Source of the DNA: Candidatus Latescibacterota bacterium | GTDB lineage: Bacteria > Latescibacterota > UBA2968 > UBA8231 | NCBI GenBank assembly: GCA_965205655.1 | Contig: CBDBIJ010000035.1 | Span: 1 to 58,213, forward strand | Reading direction: 5' to 3' | DNA length: 58,213 nucleotides | Shown: positions 40,150 to 49,220 of the stretch, one piece after another | Layout: each line of letters starts with the position of its first letter | How positions within the stretch are numbered: position 1 is the stretch's first letter | The notes under the pieces: generated by a model | The model's input: the letters and a program-made list of their open reading frames with translations, nothing else | Told to the model about the DNA's origin: nothing | The model's database searches: none | Made by a program: the position numbers and the translations under genes

Positions 40150-40971
40150 TTACACAGACCGCGGCCCGGCAAATGGTCTCTGGCCCGGTCGATCGAGTTG
40201 ATATCGGTAGACGCCCCCGGTCTCTGCCTCGGCGATGAACAGCTCGTCGTAGTTCAGGCCTCCGAAAGCCATCCCGGTGGGCTGCCCGCCGGGTAATTCG
40301 ATTGTCGCGGCGACAGCTCCGTCGGGATCGATGACGGTTACGCCGATCCCCTGGCGGGCGATGTAAAGCAGTCCCTGGGAGTCGAAGCGGATCGCCCCGG
40401 CCCCAGCGCCATCGTCAAATTCGATGAAGGTGTCCCGGCTCTGCAGCTGCTCCTCGTCATCCAACTCGAGACAGATCACCCGGCTGGCCGCGGATTCGCT
40501 GACGAACAGTCTGATGGCGTCCTCGGCCAGAGCGATGCCTGAGGGTGCGGCCAGGTCGGAAGTGACGAGCTCGACTTCGCCATCCAGGTTCGCCCGGTAA
40601 ACGGCTCCTCCCTCTTCCTCATCCTTGCCGGTATCCGTGAACAGCACATTGCCAGCCGGAGAGAAGCTCAAACCCCGCGGCCCTCTGAAGCGTCGACCGC
40701 GGCTTTGACTGGCGTAAACCTCGACGGCCTCGTCGGGGGAGATCAGCAGCAGGTGATGTCGGCCGTTTTCGGCCACAAACAGGTCGCCCGAATCATCGAA
40801 GGCGATCTCGTTTGGCCTACCGCCCGTCTCTGCGAAGGCGATCGCCTTGCCATCATCGGCAATTCTCCGAATGCATCCGGACTCCGATTCGGCCACAAAG
40901 AGGACGTCGTCGGCATCGAAAGCGAGACCATAAGGTGACTGGAGGCCTGAAATTATTTGATCGGGTTGCAT
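40150..40971 (-). CDS. SMP-30/gluconolactonase/LRE-family beta-propeller
   Basis: Blade repeats SPYGLAFD, RPNEIAFD and QPTGMAFGG. Confidence 0.88.
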   Translation of the reverse strand: MQPDQIISGLQSPYGLAFDADDVLFVAESESGCIRRIADDGKAIAFAETGGRPNEIAFDDSGDLFVAENGRHHLLLISPDEAVEVYASQSRGRRFRGPRGLSFSPAGNVLFTDTGKDEEEGGAVYRANLDGEVELVTSDLAAPSGIALAEDAIRLFVSESAASRVICLELDDEEQLQSRDTFIEFDDGAGAGAIRFDSQGLLYIARQGIGVTVIDPDGAVAATIELPGGQPTGMAFGGLNYDELFIAEAETGGVYRYQLDRPGQRPFAGPRSV

Positions 40972-41001
40972 CAGCCGAGGGACAGACTGGGCTGGGTTGG
41001 A

Positions 41002-41244
41002 TCAGGGAGACCAGTCCTCCGCTTCCACCATTTCGCGGGCGAGAAGACCGAGCTCGTCGACCAGATCCGGCTGGTCCTGCTGCCGGGCCTTATTGGTGAT
41101 CTGCATCGTCAGCGCGATGAGCCCGAGACCGAAAATTCGCTGCAGGCTCTCCGGTGTCTCAGGGTCGAGATCAGGGATGAGCTCACTCAGCTTTTTAAGC
41201 AGCTGCCTGTGCCTGTGCGAGATGTCGATGACTTCGAAAGGCAC
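41002..41244 (-). CDS. Small hypothetical protein (~80 aa, GTG start)
   Basis: Helical acidic ORF downstream of a near-consensus promoter. Confidence 0.6.
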   Translation of the reverse strand: MPFEVIDISHRHRQLLKKLSELIPDLDPETPESLQRIFGLGLIALTMQITNKARQQDQPDLVDELGLLAREMVEAEDWSP

Positions 41245-41303
41245 GGCCCTCTGTGCGGAAGACGGTGGATGGTCATGAGGACATACGCGGACCAACTGGT
41301 GGA

Positions 41304-41332
41304 ATTATATGGAATGGGCACACGCGAGGCAA
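41304..41332 (-). promoter_or_regulatory. sigma70 promoter TTGCCT-N17-TATAAT
   Basis: Near-consensus hexamers with a 17-nt spacer. Confidence 0.75.
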
Positions 41333-41406
41333 TCAAAAACGCGTCGCTCTGACACGGGGAGGAGGCCGCGCGAGCGCGGCGCGAAAACCGATAACTCGTC
41401 CGTGGT

Positions 41407-42255
41407 TCACGCGCCGTCGTTGACAGCCACGGCGACGATCATGTCCCCCTCGCGCGTAAGGGTGCTGAACGCCATCTCGGCGTCGTGATCCCAGGCGATG
41501 ATCCAACCTTCGGAACTGGCCCGCTCGACCAGCTCTCGCTTTTTCAAGAGCGTCTCGTACGGGTTCATGTCATATGCCATGATCCAGTATGGGCTGAGGT
41601 GGGCCCGGGTCGGAATAAGATCACCGGCGTAGACGAGCGTTTGGCCACCGTCTCTGGCAACAACGGCCTGATGATGGGGAGTGTGGCCGCCCGTTACCTG
41701 AACCGACAGGCCGGGTAGAATGTCCGCGTCACCGTGCAGGTATTCGACCCGTCCGCTCCGGGAGAGGGCCTCCAGATCCTCGACGATATAGCTGCTTTTC
41801 ATGACGCTCTTGCCCGCCAGGGCGTCATCCCATTCGCCGCGCTGAACGAAGTGAGTCGCATTTGGGCAGACGGGGATGAGGTCCTCTCCTTTCATCTCCA
41901 GGGCACCGGCGGCGTGATCGAAGTGAAGATGGGTGAGAACCACATGGGTGATCGATTCTGGCTCGAGGCCAAGTTGGTGCAAGGCTGACGACAGGCTCGA
42001 GCCACCGATGGCGAAGATGTGCCGCTCTTTCTCTGTGAAGCGATCGCCGCATCCAGTCTCGACGAGGACGAGCGCGTCGGGGCGCCTCAGGATGATGCAG
42101 TTACAGGCGAGACCGATGCGGTTGAGCTCGTCTGGTGGACACACGCGCGACCACAGGGCCCTTGGAACGACCCCGAACATGGCGCCGCCATCCAACCTGA
42201 AGTCACCGGCCCGAACATGGAGTATCTCCGTGTTGCCGAGCTGTAGCTTCTGCAT
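41407..42255 (-). CDS. Metallo-beta-lactamase fold hydrolase (YtnP-like)
   Basis: Motifs LDGGAMFGVVP, THLHFDHAAG, GGHTPHHQ and AGDLIP. Confidence 0.9.
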   Translation of the reverse strand: MQKLQLGNTEILHVRAGDFRLDGGAMFGVVPRALWSRVCPPDELNRIGLACNCIILRRPDALVLVETGCGDRFTEKERHIFAIGGSSLSSALHQLGLEPESITHVVLTHLHFDHAAGALEMKGEDLIPVCPNATHFVQRGEWDDALAGKSVMKSSYIVEDLEALSRSGRVEYLHGDADILPGLSVQVTGGHTPHHQAVVARDGGQTLVYAGDLIPTRAHLSPYWIMAYDMNPYETLLKKRELVERASSEGWIIAWDHDAEMAFSTLTREGDMIVAVAVNDGA

Positions 42256-42300
42256 GTTTTTCAGTGACAGGGAAGCCGGGTTGCTCTCGCGTTGCCGTGC

Positions 42301-42969
42301 TTACGACAACCCTCCCCGATCCCGCGCGTGCTCCCAGGCCTGTTTGAACTCATCGATGGTTTCGACGGTGCGAGGATGATGACACAGCTGGGGAAGGAAC
42401 TTGAACGGGGTGGTGACGATGTGAGCGCCCGCCAAGAAGGATCGCTGGATGTCGGCCAGTTGTCGGATACTCCCGGCGATGATACGCGAATTGAAGTCAC
42501 CTCGATTGATGAATTCTGCGGTTTCCCGAATGACGGCGTCGGCATCGTAACCGAGATCGTTGATGCGCCCCACGAAGAGGCTGACGAAACTGGCGCCGGC
42601 CATCATCGCAAGCAGCGCCTGGTTGGAGCTCATCATGCAGGTGACATTGACGCGGATGTCTCGCTCTCGCTCCAATCGGTGGATGACTTCGAGGCCCTCC
42701 AGCATCATCGGAATCTTTACGACGACTTTGTTGTCCCACGAGGCGTATTCACACGCTTCCCGCATCATGTCGTCCACCGATTCGCTCACGACCTCAACGC
42801 TCACTGGTCCCGCACAGCAGGCGAGTATCTCCCCGATCCGCTTTCGGAAACTCCCCGGTTCGGACTGTGCGGCGAGCTTGGGATTAGTGGTCACTCCGGA
42901 GATGACGCCGAGAGCCGTCGCCTTTCGAACTTCATCTATTTCGGCGGTATCGAGGAATAGCTCCACCAT
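42301..42969 (-). CDS. tal: Transaldolase / fructose-6-phosphate aldolase family (short type)
   Basis: Motifs FLDTA, GVTTNP, VVKIP, VNVT, FVGRIND and SIR. Confidence 0.9.
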   Translation of the reverse strand: MVELFLDTAEIDEVRKATALGVISGVTTNPKLAAQSEPGSFRKRIGEILACCAGPVSVEVVSESVDDMMREACEYASWDNKVVVKIPMMLEGLEVIHRLERERDIRVNVTCMMSSNQALLAMMAGASFVSLFVGRINDLGYDADAVIRETAEFINRGDFNSRIIAGSIRQLADIQRSFLAGAHIVTTPFKFLPQLCHHPRTVETIDEFKQAWEHARDRGGLS

Positions 42970-43575
42970 TCACGCTCCTTGCTCTTTGATTTTTTGACGG
43001 AGACAATCGCAGATCAGGTGTTCGAGAGCGAGGTGGAAGGATTCCACCTGCGGGGTCGACTCGGCCGGGATGACGATGCACACATCCGCCATTTGCCGCA
43101 ACGCTCCACCGTCGAATCCACTCAAACCGATTGTGCGGGCGCCCCTCGCCTTGGCGAGTTGGAGCGCCCTGAGCAGGTTCTCCGACCAGGGCCCGGCGCT
43201 GCCTTCTCCCGAACCTCCGTGAACGCTGATGAGGATGAGGACGTCTCCCTCCGCCACGAAGGGTTCGAGTTGCTCCGCGTACACAGATGCCGGCCCCTCG
43301 TCATTCACGAGCGCGCTGAACAATGGCATGTTGTCGGTGAGGGCCATCACCTTAAAGCGCTTGCTGCCCTCCGTGAACGTCCACTTTGCCAGATCGCAGG
43401 CGAAGTGGGAGGCAGTCGAAGCCGAGCCACCGTTGCCGGCGACAAACACGGTGCCCGATCGCCGCCAGGTGTCGAACAGGAGGTCGATAGCATTCGAGAT
43501 AGGCTCGTGCGGCAGCCGCCCGAGAACGGAGGCCATCTCGTCGAAATAGGACCGGATGTAGGATGCGCTATCCAT
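42970..43575 (-). CDS. gmhA: Sedoheptulose-7-phosphate isomerase-like SIS protein
   Basis: Motifs AGNGGSASTASHFACDL, ALVND, GFDGGAL and VESFHLALEHLI. Confidence 0.85.
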   Translation of the reverse strand: MDSASYIRSYFDEMASVLGRLPHEPISNAIDLLFDTWRRSGTVFVAGNGGSASTASHFACDLAKWTFTEGSKRFKVMALTDNMPLFSALVNDEGPASVYAEQLEPFVAEGDVLILISVHGGSGEGSAGPWSENLLRALQLAKARGARTIGLSGFDGGALRQMADVCIVIPAESTPQVESFHLALEHLICDCLRQKIKEQGA

Positions 43576-43580
43576 CGCGC

Positions 43581-44570
43581 TCACACATTCATGAGGACCT
43601 TCGCGCCCTCGGTATCGAACTGGAAATTCATCTCCTTGAGCCCCTCTTGAGCCATCCTGTCGCGCAGAGCACCACGGTGTTCGGCCTGACAGTAGAACAT
43701 CAGAAATCCACCCCCCCCGGCACCGGCCAGCTTTCCCCCGAGTGCCCCGGCCTCGATGCCTGCCTTGTACCACTCGTCGATGGCGGACGTCGACATCATT
43801 TCAGAGCGGCGCTTCTTCGCCTTCCAGTGCTCGTCAAGCAGCTCGCCGAAGCGGTCGTGCTGCCCCGCCTCGAGAGCGGTCTTGATTTCGTAGCCGATCT
43901 CTTTGACGCGATGGAGACCGTCGACGACACGGGAATCGCCGCGCCGGGTGTCGGCCTCCTGCTGCGACAGGATGTCGAAGCTCTGGCGCTCGATGCCGGT
44001 GAAAAAGAGGAGCATGCTGTTGCGCAGCTCTTCCATCGTGTGATTGGACACCTGTAGAGATGATACGGCGACGGAGCCGGAGGTGTCGATGTCCAGACAG
44101 GTCAGGCCGCCAAAGGCTGCCAGATAGTGATCGTGCACGCCAACCGGTTGTTCGGCGCGGACCCCTTCGACGTGGTTCGCTTCCCGCGCCAGCTCCTCCC
44201 GTGGAATCTGCCCGCGTTTGTACTCGTGCAAGGCAGTCAGCAGGGCGACGGTGAAGGCGCCAGAGGAGCCCATGCCCGTACGGCCCGGCACATCGGCCAT
44301 CGCACTGATTTCCAGACCGCCTCCGGCGCGGGTGTGTAGAAGCGATTCACGCAAAAGAGGATGCTCGATCTGGTCGGCGCGTTCAACGAGCTCTGTCTGT
44401 GAGTATTTGACCCGGATAAAACTCTCGATCTCGAGAGCATTGAGCTGGATGTAGACGTATTTGTCGATGCCCGCACTGAGGATGAAACCACCGTGCTCCC
44501 GGTAATAGGAGGGCAAGTCGGTGCCGCCGCCGCCAAGCGGGATGCGCAGAGGAGCTCTCGTCGTGATCAG
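43581..44570 (-). CDS. hddA: D-glycero-alpha-D-manno-heptose-7-phosphate kinase-like GHMP kinase, CTG start
   Basis: Upstream extension LITTRAPLRIPLGGGGTDLPSYY, plus PGRTGMGSS and GGKLAGAGGGGF. Confidence 0.85.
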   Translation of the reverse strand: MITTRAPLRIPLGGGGTDLPSYYREHGGFILSAGIDKYVYIQLNALEIESFIRVKYSQTELVERADQIEHPLLRESLLHTRAGGGLEISAMADVPGRTGMGSSGAFTVALLTALHEYKRGQIPREELAREANHVEGVRAEQPVGVHDHYLAAFGGLTCLDIDTSGSVAVSSLQVSNHTMEELRNSMLLFFTGIERQSFDILSQQEADTRRGDSRVVDGLHRVKEIGYEIKTALEAGQHDRFGELLDEHWKAKKRRSEMMSTSAIDEWYKAGIEAGALGGKLAGAGGGGFLMFYCQAEHRGALRDRMAQEGLKEMNFQFDTEGAKVLMNV

Positions 44571-44581
44571 GCTTCACCACC

Positions 44582-45304
44582 CTACGGGAGGGCAAAGGCA
44601 CCGTCAGACACCTGACGACAGGTCGTCTCGTAGCGCTCCGGCGTATCGGTCGAAAGTACCCGACCCACCAGTCGATGTCCATGGATCGCGGCGCCGTCAG
44701 CGAGCATGCCCGGAAACAGGTCCCGGGCGAAGTCGTAGGCACAGTCTGGAGGGATCAGATCGATGATGGAGGGCTCGAGGATGTAGACTCCGGCGTTGAC
44801 GTGGTAGTCGTCGAAGATCTCTTCCGCCCTGGGTTTTTCCACGAACCGCGTTACCCGCGAGCTGTCGTCGAGCTGCACGATGCCCCTGCTGGTGGGATCA
44901 TCCATGAAGGCGAGACCGATGCTCGCCTGGACGCCCTCACACTCGTGGACGCGCCAGAGCTCGGAGAGATCGACATTCATCAGATTGTCGCCGTAGTAGA
45001 CGAGGAAGCGCTTATCGAAAAAGGTGGACAGCCGCCGCACGGCGCCGGCCGTTCCAAGCATTTGCTCTTCGTGGGAGTAGGTGATTGCCACGCCGAAATC
45101 GCGGCCATTGCCGAAGTGCGCCGTTATCGCGTCTGGCATATGGTGGAGATTGACGGCGATCTGGTCGAATCCGTGCCGCGCCAACAAACGGACGACGTGT
45201 TCGAGCACGGGACGGCCGGCGACAGGGATCATCGGCTTTGGCATTGAATCCGTGAGAGGGCGCAATCTCTCTCCCCTGCCAGCTGCGAGGACCATCGCCT
45301 TCAC
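44582..45304 (-). CDS. Sugar-1-phosphate nucleotidyltransferase (HddC/mannose-1-P guanylyltransferase-like)
   Basis: VKAMVLAAGRGERLRPLT..PKPM, LGTAGAV, YYGD and NAGVY. GTGA overlap with the epimerase stop. Confidence 0.88.
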   Translation of the reverse strand: MKAMVLAAGRGERLRPLTDSMPKPMIPVAGRPVLEHVVRLLARHGFDQIAVNLHHMPDAITAHFGNGRDFGVAITYSHEEQMLGTAGAVRRLSTFFDKRFLVYYGDNLMNVDLSELWRVHECEGVQASIGLAFMDDPTSRGIVQLDDSSRVTRFVEKPRAEEIFDDYHVNAGVYILEPSIIDLIPPDCAYDFARDLFPGMLADGAAIHGHRLVGRVLSTDTPERYETTCRQVSDGAFALP

Positions 45305-46428
45305 TCGGCCACCTCCGCGCCGACGCTGCGAAGAACCCCGGCGGAACGCATCTGGCTCTCGCTGCAACTGTAGAAATCTTCGAGATCGTCCTGGCATCGC
45401 ACCCATTCCACATACTCGCCCAGAAACGTCTCCAGGGGCACCTGCGGACTCCAGCCCAGCTCGCTCAGTGCCCGGGCCGACGAAGTTGTGTGCCGCGTAT
45501 CGCCAAACCGATAGTCGCCGGACAGCACCGGTTCCAGCTCGACACCACACGCCTTCGTTACGTGGTGAGCGTACTCGAGAACGGAGGTCGCGTGCCGGCC
45601 CGCAACATTGAACGACTTGCCGTTGGCCCGATCGTCCTCCATGACCAGCAGGTTGGCCTTCGCCACGTCGCCTACGTAGACGTAGTCGCGCAACTGACGG
45701 CCATCCTCGTAACAGATTGGCGGTTGGTTGTGAAGGGCGCGCAGGGTGAAGATCCGCGCGATGCCGGAATAGGCATTGTAGAAAGAGTTTCTCGGTCCCT
45801 GGACGATCGAATACCTCAGGTTGACGACATCGATATCGTACTTTCTGCCCAGATTCAGCGACGTCTGCTCGAGGGCCCACTTGGAGATGCCGTAGGGCGT
45901 GTGCGGATTGACGGTGGACTCATCGATGGGTTGCGGCTCAGCCGGGCGCCCGCACTCGCGACAGTCGATGTCCCAGTGGCCGCCGGCCAACTGCTGGGCG
46001 CTGCGACACGGTGGGTGAAAGACGCCGTGTTCGTCGCACGAATAGGTGCCCTCGCCATAGACGGCCTGCGAAGATGCCAGCACGACTTTCTGTATCGGCA
46101 AACGGTTGGCGACGACGATCTCAAACAGGAGAGCCGTGCTGACGGTGTTCACGCGGTAGAATGTCGAAAAGTCTGGCATGTAATCTTGATAGGCCGCCAG
46201 ATGGAAGACGGCATCCACGCCCTCCAGGGCGCGGCCGAAGGCCTCTGGCTCACACACGTCACCGACGATGAGTTCGGCGTCATCGGGCAGATAGGCGGGC
46301 GTTCCGCGAGGGTGGACCCGCTCCTGAAGGCCGTCGAAGATGCGGACGGCGTAGCCTCTTTGGAGGAGCAGGTCAACCGTATGAGAGCCGATGAAGCCGG
46401 CGCCGCCGGTTACGAGGATCCTTTTCAC
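45301..46428 (-). CDS. NAD-dependent epimerase/dehydratase (extended SDR)
   Basis: Motifs TGGAGFIGSH, ASSQAVYGEG, YGISK and EDGRQLRDYVYV. Confidence 0.92.
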   Translation of the reverse strand: MKRILVTGGAGFIGSHTVDLLLQRGYAVRIFDGLQERVHPRGTPAYLPDDAELIVGDVCEPEAFGRALEGVDAVFHLAAYQDYMPDFSTFYRVNTVSTALLFEIVVANRLPIQKVVLASSQAVYGEGTYSCDEHGVFHPPCRSAQQLAGGHWDIDCRECGRPAEPQPIDESTVNPHTPYGISKWALEQTSLNLGRKYDIDVVNLRYSIVQGPRNSFYNAYSGIARIFTLRALHNQPPICYEDGRQLRDYVYVGDVAKANLLVMEDDRANGKSFNVAGRHATSVLEYAHHVTKACGVELEPVLSGDYRFGDTRHTTSSARALSELGWSPQVPLETFLGEYVEWVRCQDDLEDFYSCSESQMRSAGVLRSVGAEVAE

Positions 46429-46501
46429 TTGCTCTGGCGGCGCTGAGGCTCCCTGAGGCGGGGTGTCGAATGGGGATTCGAATCGCGGTAACGTTAACGC
46501 A

Positions 46502-46530
46502 AATGTAGAGATATGCGAGATGGCGGGCAA
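46502..46530 (-). promoter_or_regulatory. sigma70-type promoter TTGCCC-N17-TACATT for the heptose operon
   Basis: Hexamers and spacing read directly. Confidence 0.55.
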
Positions 46531-46666
46531 TCGGCGATAGCGTTGACAGGCCCATTTTTGGCCCCGTTTTTTGAGCACCTATGACACTCGACATCACGCC
46601 AATTGAATGCACCGTTCGGGGATCGGCCCAGCGCTTTGAAATCGCCCGCAAGAAGCAGGTGATGAA

Positions 46667-49216
46667 GTGAGCGAAAGGCGAGCTGAGATCGCCATGCTGG
46701 CAGCGCTGGTCATGGCAGTCGCCGTATTCTTCCGCGACGCCATCCTCCTCCGGGGAGCCTTCTTCGTTCAGGACGTGATGGTTCAGAACTATCCGTTCCG
46801 CGATTTCTACTCCGAGGCGCTCAAGCAGTGGAGTCTGCCGCTGTGGCACCCAGGCATCAACTGCGGATTCCCGCTCTTCGCGGAGGGCCAGGCTGGGGTG
46901 CTCTACCCGTTCAATCTGCTCACTGCTCTCCTCCTGCCGACTTACGCGGGCCTCACGTTCAACGTCACCTTCCACATCCTGATGGGTGCCGCCGGCATCT
47001 ACGGGTATCTCCGGGTCCTGGGGTGCGTTCGCCCCGCCGCCCTCGTCGCCGGTCTCACCTATGGACTGAGCGGTTTTCTCATCGTGCGCGCCATGTCTCA
47101 GAACTACATCGACGTCAGCGGATGGACACCATTTCTCTTCTTGTTTGTCGAGCTGGCGCTCAGGCGCGCGCGGTGGACGTTTCTGTGGCTCGCAGCTGGC
47201 GTCATCGGTCTTCAACTGCTGGCCGGTCACCCGCAGGCGGCGGTCTACGCGGCCGTCGCGGCTATCGCCTATGGAGTTGTACGGGGCGCCAGTTTCGGTA
47301 TGAGCCGCGGAGTCGTCGCCGCAATCCTGGTGATCGTCCCTGTGCTCGGTGTCAGCCTTGCCGCAGTGCAGATCCTGCCCACGGTAGAACTCGTGCAGCT
47401 GTCGGGCCGCAGCGAGGGGCTGGGCTTCGACGACTTCGCGAAAATGTCCCTGCCGCCGGAGCGCCTCATAGCGCTCTTGCTACCCAACGCCTTCGGCAAT
47501 CCCTCGACCGGGTCCTACTGGGGGACGGAGGTCGGATTCTTCATCCAACTGTGCCCCTACCTCGGCGTGCTTCCCCTCGTGCTCGCCCTGGTGGCGGTGC
47601 GCGAGCGACGCGATGCGGTGACGACGTTCTTCTGCATTCTGTGCTGCGTGGCTATCGCCCTTGCCCTCGGCAAGTACACGGGCTTAGCGGGGTTTCTCTA
47701 CCACATTCCCGGATGGAGTCTGTTTCGCATTCCCACACGGTTTCTCGCCTGGTTGGTGTTAGGCGGTGCGGTGTTGGCTGGCCTCGGGATGGATTCCGTC
47801 TTGCGAGACGGGAGGAGGGGTGGTCGCTGTCCGGGCGCGATTATCTTCATTCTACTCATCCCGGTCGCGATCCTCGCGCTGCTGAATCGGCAGATTCTAT
47901 TCCCAGGATCCGGTGGCACTTCCATCTTCACGGCGCAGCGCGCCGAGCAGTTGTTGCTGTACCGGGCCGATCTGTTCGGCGATCTGATTCGCTGTGGGGT
48001 CATGCTGTGCGCCGGGTTCATTCTTCTCTCGCCCCGACTCTGTTCGGGGTGGCGCCGGCCAGCGATCGCGTGGCTCGTACCCATCTTCATCTACGCCGAT
48101 CTCTACAGCTTCGGGGCCTCCTTCAATTCTGTGATGCCACCGGAGGTGTACACGAACATCCCGGAATCCGCCGAGTTCATCAGATCCGATGCCCAGTCCA
48201 CGTGGGGCGGGGAGACCGGAGGCCGGCCGGCCCCGCCCTTGTTCGCTCTCGTCCGCGTCGCCGGCTTGGTGAACGAGCGCAACTCCCCCTACGACTGGCA
48301 TTCTGGCTGGGCGCTGGATTCCTCCTCATATCGTCACTATCCCGAGACGCTCAGAATGTACACTGGCAGCCAGTATGGCATCGCCAACACGCTGCCGGGG
48401 TGGAGTCCGCTTCATCTGCGCAGACACTGGCAGTTTGCTACGGGACACCTCCGCTTTTTCTCCCTCGCGAACGTCGCCTACATCATCAGCTACGAGCCAC
48501 TATCGCTGTCGGCACTGGAGCTAGTTCACGACAACGAGGTTCGTATCTATCGCAACAGGGACGCCTTGCCACGGGCATACGTGGTGCCTCACACCGTGGT
48601 CCGACAGGAGGCCGAGAGCCGGCTTCGCTACTTGCGCAGTGGCGCTTTCGATCCCCGTCGCGAGGTGGTCGTGGAGACGCCGGCTGAGACCGAACCGGTC
48701 GCCGCGACTCGAGAGGAATCCTCGGGCAAGCGGTTTTCAACCGCCAGAATCGTGTCGTATGGCCCCGAGCACGTCGAGGTCGACCTCGGCAGCCATGGCG
48801 GGGGCATGCTCGTGCTGTCAGACACTCACTATCCGGGTTGGCGGGCATGGGTAGACGGCGCCGAAGCGCGTCTGCAGAAGGCCAACCACGTCTTTCGGGC
48901 TGTCGCCGTCGAACAGGGGGCCGAGCGGGTCACGTTTAGCTACCAGCCACTGAGCTTTCGGATCGGCGCCTGGATCAGCGCGGCCGCGATCATCACTGTG
49001 CTATGCCTGCTGTGGCTGAGCCGCGACAGGACCTTCAGGCGGGACGAGACCCTCAGTGCGGCATCGGCGGATGCCGATTTCTCTCTGCCGGTGCGGGCCT
49101 GGACCCTCCAGGCCATGCTCGTGCTTCTCATTCACTCTCTCCTCCGTTTCTGGCCCCTGTGGTCGGCTGCCCTGGAGAGAAGCCGGGTCACCTCCGTATG
49201 GGCGGGGATTGGATAA
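46667..49216 (+). CDS. YfhO-family polytopic membrane protein (GT-C glycosyltransferase-like)
   Basis: QDVMVQNYP, PLWHP...GFPLFA, LAGHPQ, FRIPTRF and C-terminal LSDTHYPGWRAWVDG. Confidence 0.85.
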   Translation: MSERRAEIAMLAALVMAVAVFFRDAILLRGAFFVQDVMVQNYPFRDFYSEALKQWSLPLWHPGINCGFPLFAEGQAGVLYPFNLLTALLLPTYAGLTFNVTFHILMGAAGIYGYLRVLGCVRPAALVAGLTYGLSGFLIVRAMSQNYIDVSGWTPFLFLFVELALRRARWTFLWLAAGVIGLQLLAGHPQAAVYAAVAAIAYGVVRGASFGMSRGVVAAILVIVPVLGVSLAAVQILPTVELVQLSGRSEGLGFDDFAKMSLPPERLIALLLPNAFGNPSTGSYWGTEVGFFIQLCPYLGVLPLVLALVAVRERRDAVTTFFCILCCVAIALALGKYTGLAGFLYHIPGWSLFRIPTRFLAWLVLGGAVLAGLGMDSVLRDGRRGGRCPGAIIFILLIPVAILALLNRQILFPGSGGTSIFTAQRAEQLLLYRADLFGDLIRCGVMLCAGFILLSPRLCSGWRRPAIAWLVPIFIYADLYSFGASFNSVMPPEVYTNIPESAEFIRSDAQSTWGGETGGRPAPPLFALVRVAGLVNERNSPYDWHSGWALDSSSYRHYPETLRMYTGSQYGIANTLPGWSPLHLRRHWQFATGHLRFFSLANVAYIISYEPLSLSALELVHDNEVRIYRNRDALPRAYVVPHTVVRQEAESRLRYLRSGAFDPRREVVVETPAETEPVAATREESSGKRFSTARIVSYGPEHVEVDLGSHGGGMLVLSDTHYPGWRAWVDGAEARLQKANHVFRAVAVEQGAERVTFSYQPLSFRIGAWISAAAIITVLCLLWLSRDRTFRRDETLSAASADADFSLPVRAWTLQAMLVLLIHSLLRFWPLWSAALERSRVTSVWAGIG

Positions 49217-49220
49217 CGAA

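Noticed and set aside
45305..45880. N-terminal extension of the nucleotidyltransferase (432-aa track ORF)
   Set aside because: It overlaps the epimerase in another frame. The true start is GTG 45304.
46828..48687. 619-aa Arg-rich ORF overlapping the YfhO-like gene
   Set aside because: Alternate-frame artefact with low-complexity R/G/P/A composition.
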